Assembly (NCBI RefSeq): GCF_006345805.1
Contig: NC_043006.1
Span: 45,136,001 to 45,200,000 of the forward strand
Origin: Octopus sinensis
Taxonomy: Eukaryota
DNA: 64,000 nt
Direction of reading: 5' to 3'
How positions within the stretch are numbered: position 1 is the stretch's first letter; each line of letters starts with the position of its first letter. Below the pieces are notes generated by a model. That model had not been told where the DNA came from and searched no databases. It saw only the letters and a list, made by a program, of their open reading frames with translations. The position numbers and the translations under genes are program-made. Below, piece by piece: positions 1 through 12,812 of the stretch.

Positions 1-394
1 TTTTCTTGTCTTTTCGTTCTCATTCTCTCGCCATCATTCTCTACATACGTATATGTGTGTGTTGTGTGTGTGTGTGTGTGTGTGTGTCAGTGTGTGTGTA
101 TGAGTGAATTTGTGAGTCTGCATGTAAAATAAATACATACATACACATACACACACATACATATATATATATACATTTGTATACATATACATACATACAA
201 ATATATATAAATATAGATATATATATATAAATGTATATATCCTATTACAAATTTGGGATTTGTAAATATAGATTTATATATATATGCACAGATTCATTCC
301 CACATATACATATAAACATATATATATATGTATATGTATATATATATATGTATATAATATGTATATATATAATGTATAATATTATATATTATAT

Positions 395-425
<31 letters not shown>

Positions 426-465
426 TACATAAACATACATATATGTATGTATTTATGCATGCATA

Positions 466-498
<33 letters not shown>

Positions 499-739
499 CA
501 GTGCTTGTATGTATGTATGGATGGATGTATGGATGGATGGATGTATGTATGTTGCTTCAAGTATCTCAGGTTGAAGAAAATTACTTGACGACCCCGCCCA
601 GATTCCATTCACTGGCACTGCTTCTGTTTACCGTTCGAGAACGTATATTTACTCAGTATATTTACTGAGATCACTAAATAGGATTTACATTTTCCCCCTT
701 CATCTTATCCCTTACCGCCCACAAATATCTGTTCACACT

Positions 740-1115
740 ACGGTGGTGACGGTGGTGGCGGCGGTGGTAGTAGTGGTGGTGATGGTGGTGGTGGTGGTGG
801 TTTTGGTGGTGGTGGTGGTGGTGGTGGTGGTTTTGGCGGTGGTAGTGGTGGTGGCAGTGATCAGTGGTGGCGTTGGCATTAGCTGGTGGTGTTGGTGGAG
901 GTAGTGGTGATGGTGATGGTGGTGGTGGTGATGGTTTTGACATCAGTTAGTGGTGATGGCGGTGGTGGTGTTGGTGGTGCTGGTGGTGGTGATGGTGGTA
1001 TTGGTTGGTGGTGAAGGTGGTGGTGGTGGGAGAATGAAGATATTTTGGTAACATCCTTCTCTCTGTTTCTGCTGCAACTACTACTACTATTACTACTACC
1101 ACCACCACCACCACC
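740..1115. repeat. (GGT)n/(ACC)n trinucleotide microsatellite tract
   Basis: Directly visible GGT/ACC runs; overlapping Pro/His/Gly-rich ORFs are repeat translations. Confidence 0.95.
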
Positions 1116-2370
1116 ACAACTATTCTCTTGTTCCTTTCTTTCTCTTACTATTATTTGTTTCAAGTATATGTACAAAGCCAGCAAACTCGAGATGAAGGTT
1201 TTTCTCGATCCCAGTATGATCGATCCCAGTACTTCAACGGTACCTTATTTTTATCGACCCTAGAAGCATAAAAAAACAAATCAAAGCTGACCTTAGTGGG
1301 ATTTGAACTCAGAATGTAAGTGCTTTGAATAAGTGACGAAAAGTAACTTTCCCTCGCTTTAACGATTCTGCCAGCTTACTGCCTTAATTCTTTCTTATTC
1401 AGGCATGATACCAGCTATTTTGAGCGGATTGGGTTAGTGGATTGGGTTAGCTATCGACTCCATACTTTATTTTATCAATCGAGGGGGAATGAAACCAAAG
1501 CTGACTTCGGCGGGATCTGAACTCGGAATGCCTGAAGAAATACCACAAGCTATTTTTCTCATATCCTAATGATTCTGCCAGTACTCTGCATTCACTGTTA
1601 TTACTAATAATATCAACTGGGTGGTAGATTGTTCAATGTGTTCTTTCAAGTAAGGCGTGATTTCAGGAAAACATGGCTATTATTTCCAGCAGATCAAGAG
1701 TGCGCGCGTAGAAGCTCATTTCCTGAGAAATTATTACCAGTAAGAAATTACAATCAGTAATATACAGCGGTGATTTTGCCAAGTCGTTAAAATATTGAAA
1801 AGATTACCTTTCGATAGTTACTCCAGCTTAAATCATACTGAAGATTTCCAAAAGAATGAAATAGTGCAATACATGAATACCACTAAATAGAAATTGTAAG
1901 AACTTCGTAATAGATAAATCTTATAAATCCTCTAAATCCTTAATTTCAAATTCAAATTTCTAATTCCGTTTCGTGTCATGAGGAAATGGTTATCCTCTCT
2001 GAATTAACGGTCATAAGAGGGCATCACTTATAGAATTAGTATAAATATTATTACAAAAAGTTATTATTATAAAGAAAATTTTCCCATTTTTGGTGAGTAT
2101 GTCTTTAATATCTACCATAGACGGAAGACGGCTACAAATTCGAGGAAAAGGTGTTGACGATCAGATCAACTCCACTACTTGACTAGTACTTAGTTTTGTC
2201 GAGTCACGGAAGCAGGAAAAACAAAGTCGGTCTCTGTGTAATTTGAACTCGGAACATATGGGGCCATAACTAAATATCTCGTGGCAATTTGTTCACCACT
2301 CTGTGATTTGTTGAGAGGCCCAAGACAAAGTAAAGCATACTCAACAATACCCACCTTTGCTGCCAATACC

Positions 2371-2588
2371 TACGGAGGTGCTGAAAAGTTCCTGTTTTAA
2401 GGGTGTCACGAAAGGCCTGGCAGGAGGCTCAACCTTCCAAGTTCTTTTACAAGGCTTAGAAAAAACTGAAGGACCCCTGCAATAAGTGTGTGAATCTGAG
2501 AGAGGAATATGATGAATGAAATCATAATTAACAGATCATTGTGTATTTCCTTTTACCCAAAGCCGGGAACTTTTCAGCAAGCCTTCGA
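2371..2588 (+). mobile_element. Non-autonomous mariner-type element (internal deletion derivative)
   Basis: Imperfect terminal inverted repeats (TIRs) TACGGAGGTGCTGAAAAGTTCC ... GGAACTTTTCAGCAAGCCTTCG; interior translates to KKLKDPCNKCVNLREEYDE*, resembling a mariner transposase C-terminus. Confidence 0.7.
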
Positions 2589-3016
2589 ACATATTTTGGC
2601 CTTCTGATTCTGTTAGTAATCATTACAGCGCCATTAAAATGTCTTCTGCTCTTTTAATCAAACGTCCTTTAACGTTCCTAGTTCAGTTCCCGCCGGGGTT
2701 AATTTTGAGCTTTTGTTTAGAATAATTATAATTATTCATTTCCTCCAAGCTTTTCTTATTATTTTTCTTCTAATTTCTTTTCTTTTTCACGGCTGTCGTC
2801 ATCGTCCTAGTCGTCGTCGTTGTAATTGTATAACTCACTCCTTGACGTTCTGAGTTGAACGTATAAAATTTGATTATTATTTCTACTTTGTGCTCACGCG
2901 CGTTGGAATCAGTGTATATACGTGGGAGTCGAGCGTGTATGACTATGGGCGTGTGCGCATGAATCTTTGCGTATGTACGTGCATGTGTCTGTGCGTGCTT
3001 GTGTGTGTGTGTGTGT

Positions 3017-3089
<73 letters not shown>

Positions 3090-3473
3090 AAGTGTATGTG
3101 CGTGTGTGTGTGTGTAATGATAACTGTAACATTTTTACTCTGGAGTAGGTAACAGCAAATAATCGGTGGTTATGCTGAGAGAAACCAATGAGGTCGGTGG
3201 TGAAGAAAAAAAGAAAGAAAATATAAAAGATTAGATGAGTTGATGTCAAGGGAGGTGTATTGGGCCGGGATGGGTGGAGCTAGCTGTTTAGTTTTGTTGT
3301 TTACATAAGAAGACGATCTTCTCTTACGCTCATAATTGCACATTTATGAACATTTCATTTCTGTGCGTATGTACAACTATGCATACATACATACATACAT
3401 ACATACATACATACATACATACATTTATAAATATAAATATGTTGTATATGTATTTCTGTTTATGTGAGTGTAT

Positions 3474-3504
<31 letters not shown>

Positions 3505-3538
3505 TTAAATATATACATACATACATATAGATATACAT

Positions 3539-3608
<70 letters not shown>

Positions 3609-3625
3609 ATATATATATACAGATG

Positions 3626-3689
<64 letters not shown>

Positions 3690-4257
3690 GATAGATAGAT
3701 CTGTGGTTGTATATCTATGTGTAGAGAGAGAGAGAAAGAGAGAGAGAGAGTGATGTGAGTGAGTGAGTGAGTGAGTGAGTGAGTGAGTGAGTGAGTGAGT
3801 GAGTGAGTGAGTGAGAAATTGAGGAAATGATGATAATAGACAGGTCTAGAAATAATGGATAGATATACATATATTAATGCTTGAATACATACATACATAC
3901 ATACATACATACATACATACATACATACATACATACATACATACAAGCAGAAGAATAATATAGATAAATCGATTGATCGATTGAGATGTCACGAAAGTCA
4001 ACGAAAAAGAAATGAGAGGAAAAACTGTGAAAGAGTTGAATATGCAGTTCAAATTGTCTGACATTGTTTATCAGACATTCTCTGACTATTGTCTTCCCTT
4101 TCCTCATTTGATTCTTGCAGATTGAGTAAAATCAACATAACCGTTATACATGCATGCATACATACATGCATACATACATACATACATACATATATATATA
4201 TATACATACATACATATATACATACATATATATATATGTATATATATATAAAAAAAA

Positions 4258-5208
4258 TTACCATTTTTAGACATCCTCATTAAGAAAACCGGCAACAAAA
4301 TAGAGACAGATATCTACTATAAACCGACAGACTCTAAACAGTACCTACCCTTTGATTCATGCCACCCACGACACACTAGAATGAATGTCCCTTTTTGTTT
4401 AGCTAGAAGGATTTGCACCATAATATCAGACACAAACACCCGACACACACGTCTCCAGGAACTTAGAACCACACTCACAAATAGAAACTATCCACAGCCC
4501 CTAATAGACAGTGCAATCCAACGGGTACTTAAATTAAGTATAGAAGACCTGAGACAAACAAAACCAAAAAAGAAAGAACAATTAAAACCCTTCCCTACAT
4601 CTCTACACACAACCCACTCAACAATGAGGCCTTCAACACCATACTACAAAGCAAGCCCTACTAAAGGGAGACCCAAAGATGAACCGATCCTCGAAACAAC
4701 ACACCATCATTAAAAGTAAACGGCAACAAAATCCTTGAAAAGGATTTTAACCCAAGCTACACTGCACTCAACATCAACCACAAAACCAGCAGTTAGAAAA
4801 TGTGGAAGGCCCAACTGCGGAATCTGTGTCATCTTGAAAGAAGGATCAGAATTTATACTGGAACAAGGCCACCAGTTCACCATTAAAACAAACTTCACCT
4901 GCGCATCAGAAAACTTAATTTACGTCATAACATGCGCAGGCTGCAATAGGCAGTAATATAGGCCATACAAAAAATAGCTTACGTAACAGGATGGCGGTGC
5001 ATAAATCACAATTAGAAACCCTGATTACCGCAAAATACCGGTCAGCGGACACATAGATAGATGTGCTGGAAATGTAAATCCGAAATTTACAACTAACCCC
5101 CTCTATAAATTCAGTGACAACGCAACCTTCACACAACGCCAAAATAAAGAACTATATTTCATAATAAAATTTAGACCAAGTTTAAACACCCTGGGCCAGG
5201 AATACTAA
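4258..5208 (+). pseudogene. Penelope-like element ORF remnant: RT C-terminus/thumb plus GIY-YIG endonuclease, 5'-truncated and frameshifted
   Basis: LPFLDILIKK..IETDIYYKPTDSKQYLPFDSCHPRH..NVPFCLARRI (RT end); CGRPNCGIC linker; FTCASENLIYVITCAGCNRQ/(Y)IGHTKNSLRNRMAVHKSQ..GHIDRC..ELYFIIKFRPSLN (GIY-YIG), assembled across frameshifts. Confidence 0.92.
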
Positions 5209-5378
5209 AACAAAAGATAAGTCCTCCGAAAAGGAGAAGCAAAATTCCACCACGGCCGCTACTTCAAACAGACACTCACTCTGACGGAAATATGCCTTAG
5301 TAAAAAAGGGGAAAAAAATTCTTTCGTGCAAATCTGACCCTGATACATACGATACAGCTAAGGGTCAGACCCGATTCT

Positions 5379-5915
5379 GATTGGTCAACAAGTTGATGAC
5401 GTCTAGCTCTGCTAGAATGGACAGGATACAAACAGGGGACAGTCTTAGTCAGAATATTGATGACGTCCTTTTCTGCTTGACTAGTCACCTAACAAGTACA
5501 GACAGGGGGCAGATCTAATGCCTATAAGTCGTGATTGGGCAGAATCTGGATGACGTCCCGTTCTGCTTGACTAACGAAGCGACTGGTCAAAACAGGAAAC
5601 AAACAAGAGGCAGTTATAATGCAGCGATTGGTCAAAATAATGATGACGTCCCGTTCTACTTGACTAACGAAGCGACTGGTCAAAACAGGAAAAACAAAGG
5701 CAGTTATAATGCAGCGATTGGTCAAAATAATGATGACGTCCCGTTCTACTTGACTAAAGCCACCTAACGAAACGATTGGTCAAAACGTTGATGACGTCAC
5801 GCTACGCTGGATTGACCACCTAACAGGCATTATAAAACCGAGCACTTCACAAAAACTCACTAGAACCACCCAGCGAACATCCACCATGGGTCATCACAAT
5901 TGCTTAAGGTAAAAA
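5379..5915 (+). promoter_or_regulatory. Putative Pol II promoter cassette in the PLE 3' region (pseudo-LTR): CCAAT/CRE module array, TATA, Inr, Kozak ATG
   Basis: Six ATTGG-N12-TGACGTC modules (one with a degenerate ATTGG); TATAAAA 5831-5837; TCA at 5857-5859; CCACCATGG 5881-5889; AG|GTAAAA at about 5908. Function is inferred from motifs only. Confidence 0.6.
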
Positions 5916-6179
5916 TGAATTCCTCGCTCTTTCGGAAACATCAATCTTCTGTATTGACCACTTTCCACCACTTTGATCTGTTTTTTGTATTGAATACGTA
6001 TCGCCACCGTGGGCCACTGCATCGAACACTTTGAACATATACTTCAAACTATATATCAACTATACATGAACTATATATCAACTATACATGAACTCTAAGA
6101 TGTCTGACTCCGTTGTGTATTATAAATGAATTTCTTGTGTTTGACGGCATGAGCTGTCTTTTTTTTATATATAACTTTT

Positions 6180-6214
6180 TTGATAAGGTTCATTTCAAGA
6201 ACTGAAACATGTTA
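6180..6214 (+). ncRNA. Degenerate type I hammerhead ribozyme relic
   Basis: UUGAUAAG-GUUC-auuucaa-GAAC-UGAAAC-AUGUUA; stem II intact, core carries transitions relative to CUGAUGAG...CGAAAC; lies downstream of the PLE ORF. Confidence 0.45.
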
Positions 6215-6328
6215 TAATGTATATATAAAAATTAAAAAATGTATAATACAGCAGCATTTTCGAACTTCATTTTTTACAAATATATAATATATTATATAAT
6301 ATTATTATATATTATATATATATATAAT

Positions 6329-6378
<50 letters not shown>

Positions 6379-6519
6379 AATATATGTATATATATATATA
6401 TATACATACATACATACATACATACATACATACATACATAACATACATACATACATACATAAAGAGTTCTTGCAATACTGGTGCTTCGGCACCCTCAGTT
6501 ACAATTAGTGACGATAAAA

Positions 6520-6860
6520 GTTTTCCTTGTACGATGTGGAGAATATACCGCCAACTTTGCCCAAACGACCTGAACATTAGCTTCAAGGTTCATCCAAGAC
6601 TGGGACCACGGACCATACGTCCCCTGCCCAATTCAAGATCACAGCATACATGTACACTGCAACATAATTTCCTTTCCTCAACAGGCCCTGCCCTATTTAA
6701 CATTGTCCCGAAAGAGATCAAAGAGGAAAAGGATCCCATCAACTTTAAACGGAGTCTGGATAGATTCCTTCAATGAATACCAGATAAGCCAGCCATAATT
6801 GGATACAACTCACCCAACAAAAACTCACTACTTGAATGGACCATAAATAAAACTTGACTT
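6520..6860 (+). mobile_element. 3' fragment of a CR1/L2-superclade LINE
   Basis: MWRIYRQLCPND..HPRLGPR..GPALFNIVPKEI..FKRSLDRFLQ*IPDKP parallels the C-terminus of the LINE at 42.2-45.0 kb (GPQLFNILP..LDLFLLGVPDEP). Confidence 0.8.
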
Positions 6861-7455
6861 AAACAATTTTCATGATGTTTCCTATTCAGATGCTTTTATT
6901 AAATTCATTCAGTTGTTAAACATAAATAAATCTTGGAATTAAATGCTTTTGGTTTACTGTCAGGTGACTTTTGACCATCCTTGTACTTTTAAATAGACGT
7001 GAAATTTGGGGGAAGGGAATAGAACACAATTGGCACTTAATTTATCGACCCCGAAAGAACAAAAGCTAAATTGCATACGTGTCAGCGAACTGAATATACT
7101 TTTTAAAAAGTTAAAATTTTCTTAGGAATGCTATTAACCATAACTGCTAGTACGTTTCTCCGTTTATGGCAACATTGTCAATATATTTCTTAATGTATAT
7201 TAGATTGTTATGTAAGTTGTTCGCTAAGGAAGCACCCAGAAGGAAAGCAATATCGTCCGTGGATTACTCCCGAAGTTGCCGACGAAATACATTAACCATC
7301 GACTAAATATATTTTTGTTTTACTACGTATGGCAACATAAATTAGCGCTTTTATGTTCTAAACTTTGAATATAACTTAACCTATATAAGTATGTATAAGT
7401 GCACGCGCGCGTATATGTACTACATGTGGTGGGCGGTCAATATTATAAAGGTGTA

Positions 7456-7918
7456 AGGGCGGCGAACTGGCAGAAACGTTAGCACACCGGGCGAAATGCT
7501 GAGCAGTATTTCGTCTGCCGTTACGTTCTGAGTTCAAATTACGCCGAGGTCGACTTTGCCTTTCATCCTTTCGGGGTCGATTAAATAAGTGTCAATTACG
7601 CACTGAGGTCGATATAATCGACTTCATCCGCTTGTCTGTCCTTGTTTGTCCTCTCTGTGTTTAGCCCCTTGTGGGTAGTAAAGAAATAGGTAATTACTAC
7701 CCACAAGGGGCTAAACACAGAAGGGACAAACATGGACAGACAAACGGATTAAGTCGATTACATCGACCCCAGTGCGCAACTGGTACTTATTTAATCGACC
7801 CCGAAAGGATGAAAGGCAAAGTCGACCTCGGTGGAATTTGAACTCAGAACGTAGCGACGAGCGAAATATCGCTAAGCATTTCTTCCAGCGTGCTAACGAT
7901 TCTGCCAGCGTGCCACCT
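7456..7918. mobile_element. Tail-to-tail inverted pair of family A tRNA-derived SINEs (7456-7690 +, 7696-7918 -)
   Basis: A-box-like TGGCAGAAACG and B-box-like GAGTTCAAAT; body GTCGACTTTGCCTTTCATCC and tail AAAGAAATA; second copy is the reverse complement. Confidence 0.9.
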
Positions 7919-8689
7919 TTCTCTCTCTTAATAATAATGACATCGTGTCAAACATATTAATTACATTTGGGTATTTGTACAGAGTAAATCGAAACTAATT
8001 AGAAAACAAAGTACTCTTGTCAAACAGCGTTTGCCACACCCACTTAAAACGCACTCACACATGCACTGTCTATATACACACGCACAAATACACGCACACA
8101 CACACACATACACATTGCGTTCACCCATACACGTACGTTCGCACCTGTCAGTGTATATAAAAGCATTATAGACGCGAACGCTCAGATTTTTTATTATTAT
8201 TATTCTACGTACGCTGATGTTGCCTTATCTGTTAAAATACTTCGTTCTGGTCTTGACTATAAAACATTGTAACAGAAATTCGTGTAATAAATAAAACAGT
8301 TATGTGGAACACAAGAATACGGTTAACAGTAAATTGTCTAAAATATTACACAAAATAAGAACGATTATAATAACATGACACAAATAACTCATCAACTCAG
8401 TACGAGGTATTAATGTTCTTGGCATAACGCTATTCCTTGGTGTTCGAGATAATCTTAAAACGGTTGGAGAATACCATCTTAATAAGGCGACGAACATACG
8501 TTAAACTTTAGCTGAAATAAAACCGACGTACTTTAACGGTTAAAGCACATCGGCTTTATTTCAGCTGCGATCTTTGGAGCTTCTTTGTAAATTGAGTGTA
8601 GTATTTGTTATTATTATTGCTGAAGCTGTGGTTGTTTTCCCATCATTGTAATTTAATTTGCAACATGAAAACAATATATATATATATAT

Positions 8690-8742
<53 letters not shown>

Positions 8743-8769
8743 GTGTGTGTGTGTGTGTGTTGTGTGTGT

Positions 8770-8804
<35 letters not shown>

Positions 8805-9714
8805 CGACTTAATTTGAAGAGAAGTCGGAAAGTCACCAAAATACAACCGTGAACTTTTGATGATGGTTATGCATCGGAGAAATGAATGAATGAAGAACGA
8901 TTAACTATGAAGTCGGTGCCCCCGCATGGTCGCAGTCCAATGAATGAAACTAAAATACTAAAGGTAAGAAACTAAGCAACAACTTCAGCTGAAGTGGCAA
9001 ATTATTGCTTCAACACGGGTCACGCGGCGGTCTAGTGAGACCTCAGCCCATGTTTTCATGGACAAGAGTTAACAGTGCAATCTGAACAAACGGGGTTTTA
9101 TTTGATTTCAAATGAAGAGTCTCTTATCGCTTTTTAGAATTATCTCATCTCTATAATATACTAAATTTATGATAGCGTAAATTTTTGACATCCATAAGGT
9201 CACCTCCTTGTTGCAGTGTGGTAATTTGTGAACCTCAAAGACTCCCGAGAGCGATGCCAGCGAAGCACAAGCTTTTGGTCGGTTCTCTCATGCTGGATAG
9301 GCCGAAAGGTAAAATATAGGGTAATATCGACCACCCCTTGCAGACACCGCCAGCTGGGAAGCATCGCAGTCGTGTTATTAATGGCACGAAACTGTAATGC
9401 CTTCTGGCTGATAACTGATGAGGAATTTAAAGACATTCTGCGTCTGTTTTCCGTCCGTTAGTGCACTTAATATACGGCTTCCGTTCGTCTGTGCATTTAT
9501 ACGTTTTTTTTAACTTGCAATTCTATGTCCATTTTTCGTTTGAGCATTTACTATACGTTTTTTCACTTATTATATGTGGGTGGGGGAGTATTTTATTTCA
9601 CTTCCATCTCATTTGCTTGGAAACTTTCCTATACCTGTATATTAAAAATCTAAAGAACAATCCATTCATTTCTTCTGACAAACCTTATAATTTGTTCTAA
9701 TATATAAATATTTC

Positions 9715-10155
<441 letters not shown>

Positions 10156-10479
10156 TTGTGCGCAATATGGTGATCTTATATCAAGATAAACAGCGCATGA
10201 CCTTGCAGATGGGGCCCAGTTAGAATTTTCTTCAGGTCGAGTAACTCATCCCGCTCAAAAGATCCTTGAGTAATGGTTGTTTAAGGATGATGAAGGAAAC
10301 ACCCATGTTTCCAGAGGTGAATTATTCTAAACCCCAAAGAATTCCTCTCAACACTTGGCTATGATGCTCCCCCACTACTTCTGCTCGTGATCAGAGATGC
10401 ACATATCGTCAGCGACTAAAGGACATGCTCAACTGGTTAAGGTCAAACAACTGACAAGCAAATCTATGGTACTGAGCAG

Positions 10480-10620
10480 GTCGACTTTGCCTTTCATCCT
10501 TTCGGGGTCGATAAATTAAGTACCAGTTACGCACTGGGGTCGATGTAATCGACTTAATACCCATGTCTGTCCTTGTTTGTCCTCTCTGTGTTTAGCCCCT
10601 TTGTGGGTAGTAAAGAAATA
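10480..10620 (+). mobile_element. 5'-truncated family A SINE with 12-bp TSD, inserted in another dispersed repeat
   Basis: GGTACTGAGCAG at 10468-10479 and 10621-10632. Confidence 0.85.
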
Positions 10621-11018
10621 GGTACTGAGCAGAATATCTTTTGTAACTCATCTTTTATGCCAAGACAAAACACTGTACATGATAACACTTCCAATCAGTT
10701 AAGATGAGAAGCCATGAGAGCCACTCCTATTGTTGTTATTATTATTATTAAGACAGTGAGCTGGCAGGATTGTTAGCATGCCGGAAAAATATTTAGCGGC
10801 ATTTCGTCCGTCTTTACGTTGTGAGTTCAAGTTCTGCTGAGGTCGACTTTGCCTTTCATCCTTTCGAGATCGATAAATGAAGTACCAGAAAAACGATGAA
10901 GTTGATGTAATCGACTTGTCTCCTCACAGCTTATATTCCTGGGTATGATGGCAAATGTCAGCTGTCCACAGCCAGCAGACTAAGGTGATAACTGTTTACT
11001 GGGCATGCTTTAAGAAAC

Positions 11019-11420
11019 CTACAAAGCATTCTTGCAGTTCCAAACTATGCTGATTTTTGCAATTCTCATTTTCGGTGACTCCTTCTGCGGTTTGCTGATA
11101 CCACGTCTTTGTTCTTTGTAGGCCGTGATTTCCCAATGGATCATTCTTGTCACATTGTTATGGCGTCTTTTGCATTCGCGTTGTGCCAATTTCAGGCATT
11201 CGCTAATGATGTGCCACACCGTTTCACCCCTCTCACCACACATTCTGCATTTGTCGCTATCGGTAGTGTTGTCTTCACTGCACTTCATATACTTGGTTCT
11301 TAACGCCTGTTTTTGAGCTGCGCATATGAATGCTTCTGTCTCTATCTTCAGGTCACTCCTCCTCATCCATATCCACCGGTCCTCTGCCTCTGTCATGGCG
11401 TTCACATCTCTTGAAACTGA
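11019..11420 (-). pseudogene. R4/Dong-like (RLE-type) non-LTR retrotransposon fragment, CCHC zinc-knuckle region
   Basis: W.WMRRSDLKIETEAFICAAQKQALRT..KCRMCGERGETVWHIISEC.KLAQ..CKRRHNNV..IHW. Confidence 0.85.
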
Positions 11421-11479
11421 CCATACATTTTCTTTTCTTTTTTTGTTCATTTCTTGTTTAAATTTTTTCTTTAGTTACA

Positions 11480-11480
<1 letters not shown>

Positions 11481-11515
<35 letters not shown>

Positions 11516-11712
11516 CTATTGTCTTTGCACAGCTTCTAACACTGGAGATGTACTACGGTGTCAACTGTTCACTACCAGTGAACTAAGGTAACACCCCTTA
11601 TTTTTCGAGCACCATCTGGAGTATTCGAGCGGTTCCAAGTAGTGCTGTTTTCTGCTAGTGCTCCACCCTTATTGCAGCCTCTATTTGTTCCATGTACTTC
11701 TCAAGATTTTTA
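11481..11712 (-). mobile_element. R4/Dong-like element 3' end: ORF terminus, 3' UTR and (TAA)n tail
   Basis: KNLEKYMEQIEAAIRVEH*QKTALLGTARILQMVLEK* ending at 11598; (TAA)n at 11481-11514; (TCA/TTA)n at the other junction. Confidence 0.8.
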
Positions 11713-12812
11713 AATCATCATCATCATCATCATTATTATTGACAGGAAAATCCCAGAGGATAGTAGCATTTTTACCTTCGTTAGTTTTTCTTCTTTCAGT
11801 TTTGTTTCCATATCTTGCAAAGAAACACACTGTATACATTGATAGCTATTAAAATAAACTTACCAGGTTGTTCATTTGCAAAATCAAATAAAGTTATGTA
11901 GAAAAAAACTTATATGGAACGTTGTCGTTCTTACAGCCACAATGCTCTTCTCAATACGTGTGACGTATCCGTTAAAAAATCTGCACTTTTTGCAGGGGTG
12001 GGGGTAAGCCAGGGATCATTCTCAAATAGTTCTCGCTCCAACAATCACTGGTATTTTTAACTATATTGAGATGCTAGATTTTTCGATTTGAATGAGCAAA
12101 TTTTTATATTTTCTGAACCTGTCAAATTCTTTTTGTTATGATCCTAAAGGGTATTCATGTTAATAAATAAACATACTTTATTTTTCTGTTTTTTACAACA
12201 CTACCCGATTTACTAGCGTTCATAGTTCTGTCCGTATGTACAGAAACGTCCCGAAGGATTATTACATTTTCTCCGTCAGTTACAGCCTCGGAGCCATGCT
12301 AATATCACTTGTCAACAATTTTGATTTTTTAATGCCAATATATTAACCCATGTAGACATTAACCAACTATATCATGTCTTGACTAACTCTTTACATCCAA
12401 AGATTAAGTGGTTCATTGTTTCAATCTCATCATTGGAGAATCAGCTCTTTGGATCTACTCCATTTTTCAACATATTGGCTTGGTAGTTCCGGGTCAATAA
12501 GCTTTGATCTTGAACACTTAAGACGAAGCCTTCGCTTCCTGCCTTCAACCCAGAGCTTCGTAGCCACAAATCGGTGTGCTTTTCCTCATTATCAGCTTGT
12601 TTGCTGCGGGTTACATATTTGCTCGTGAGATCGTCGTTTCAATTCCTAGACAGGATGATGCGTTGCGTCCTTGAGCAAAGTACATCTCACGTTGCTCTAC
12701 CATCTCTTCAACACCTGACGCGCAGTACACCGTGCGCCTGTTCAAACAACATTGATTTGATGGGGGAAGTGAGCTAATGTATAGCACATATAATTGATCA
12801 TTATAAACAAAC

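Noticed and set aside
231-3946. Long ORFs rich in Y/I/H/T/V/C or poly-P/G/S (also at 9.7, 13.9, 19.3-20.1, 24.3-24.8, 28.7-29.1, 37.2-37.8 and 62.2-62.6 kb)
   Set aside because: They are translations of di-, tri- and tetranucleotide microsatellites with no domain content
5533-5800. Approximately 90-bp tandem units as a possible CRISPR array
   Set aside because: Whole units are duplicated with no unique spacers, there are no cas genes, and the context is eukaryotic
9380-9430. GAAAC...CUGAUGAGG as a permuted hammerhead (related sequence at about 57545-57600)
   Set aside because: Stems I and II cannot be paired next to the core; treated as an unclassified dispersed repeat
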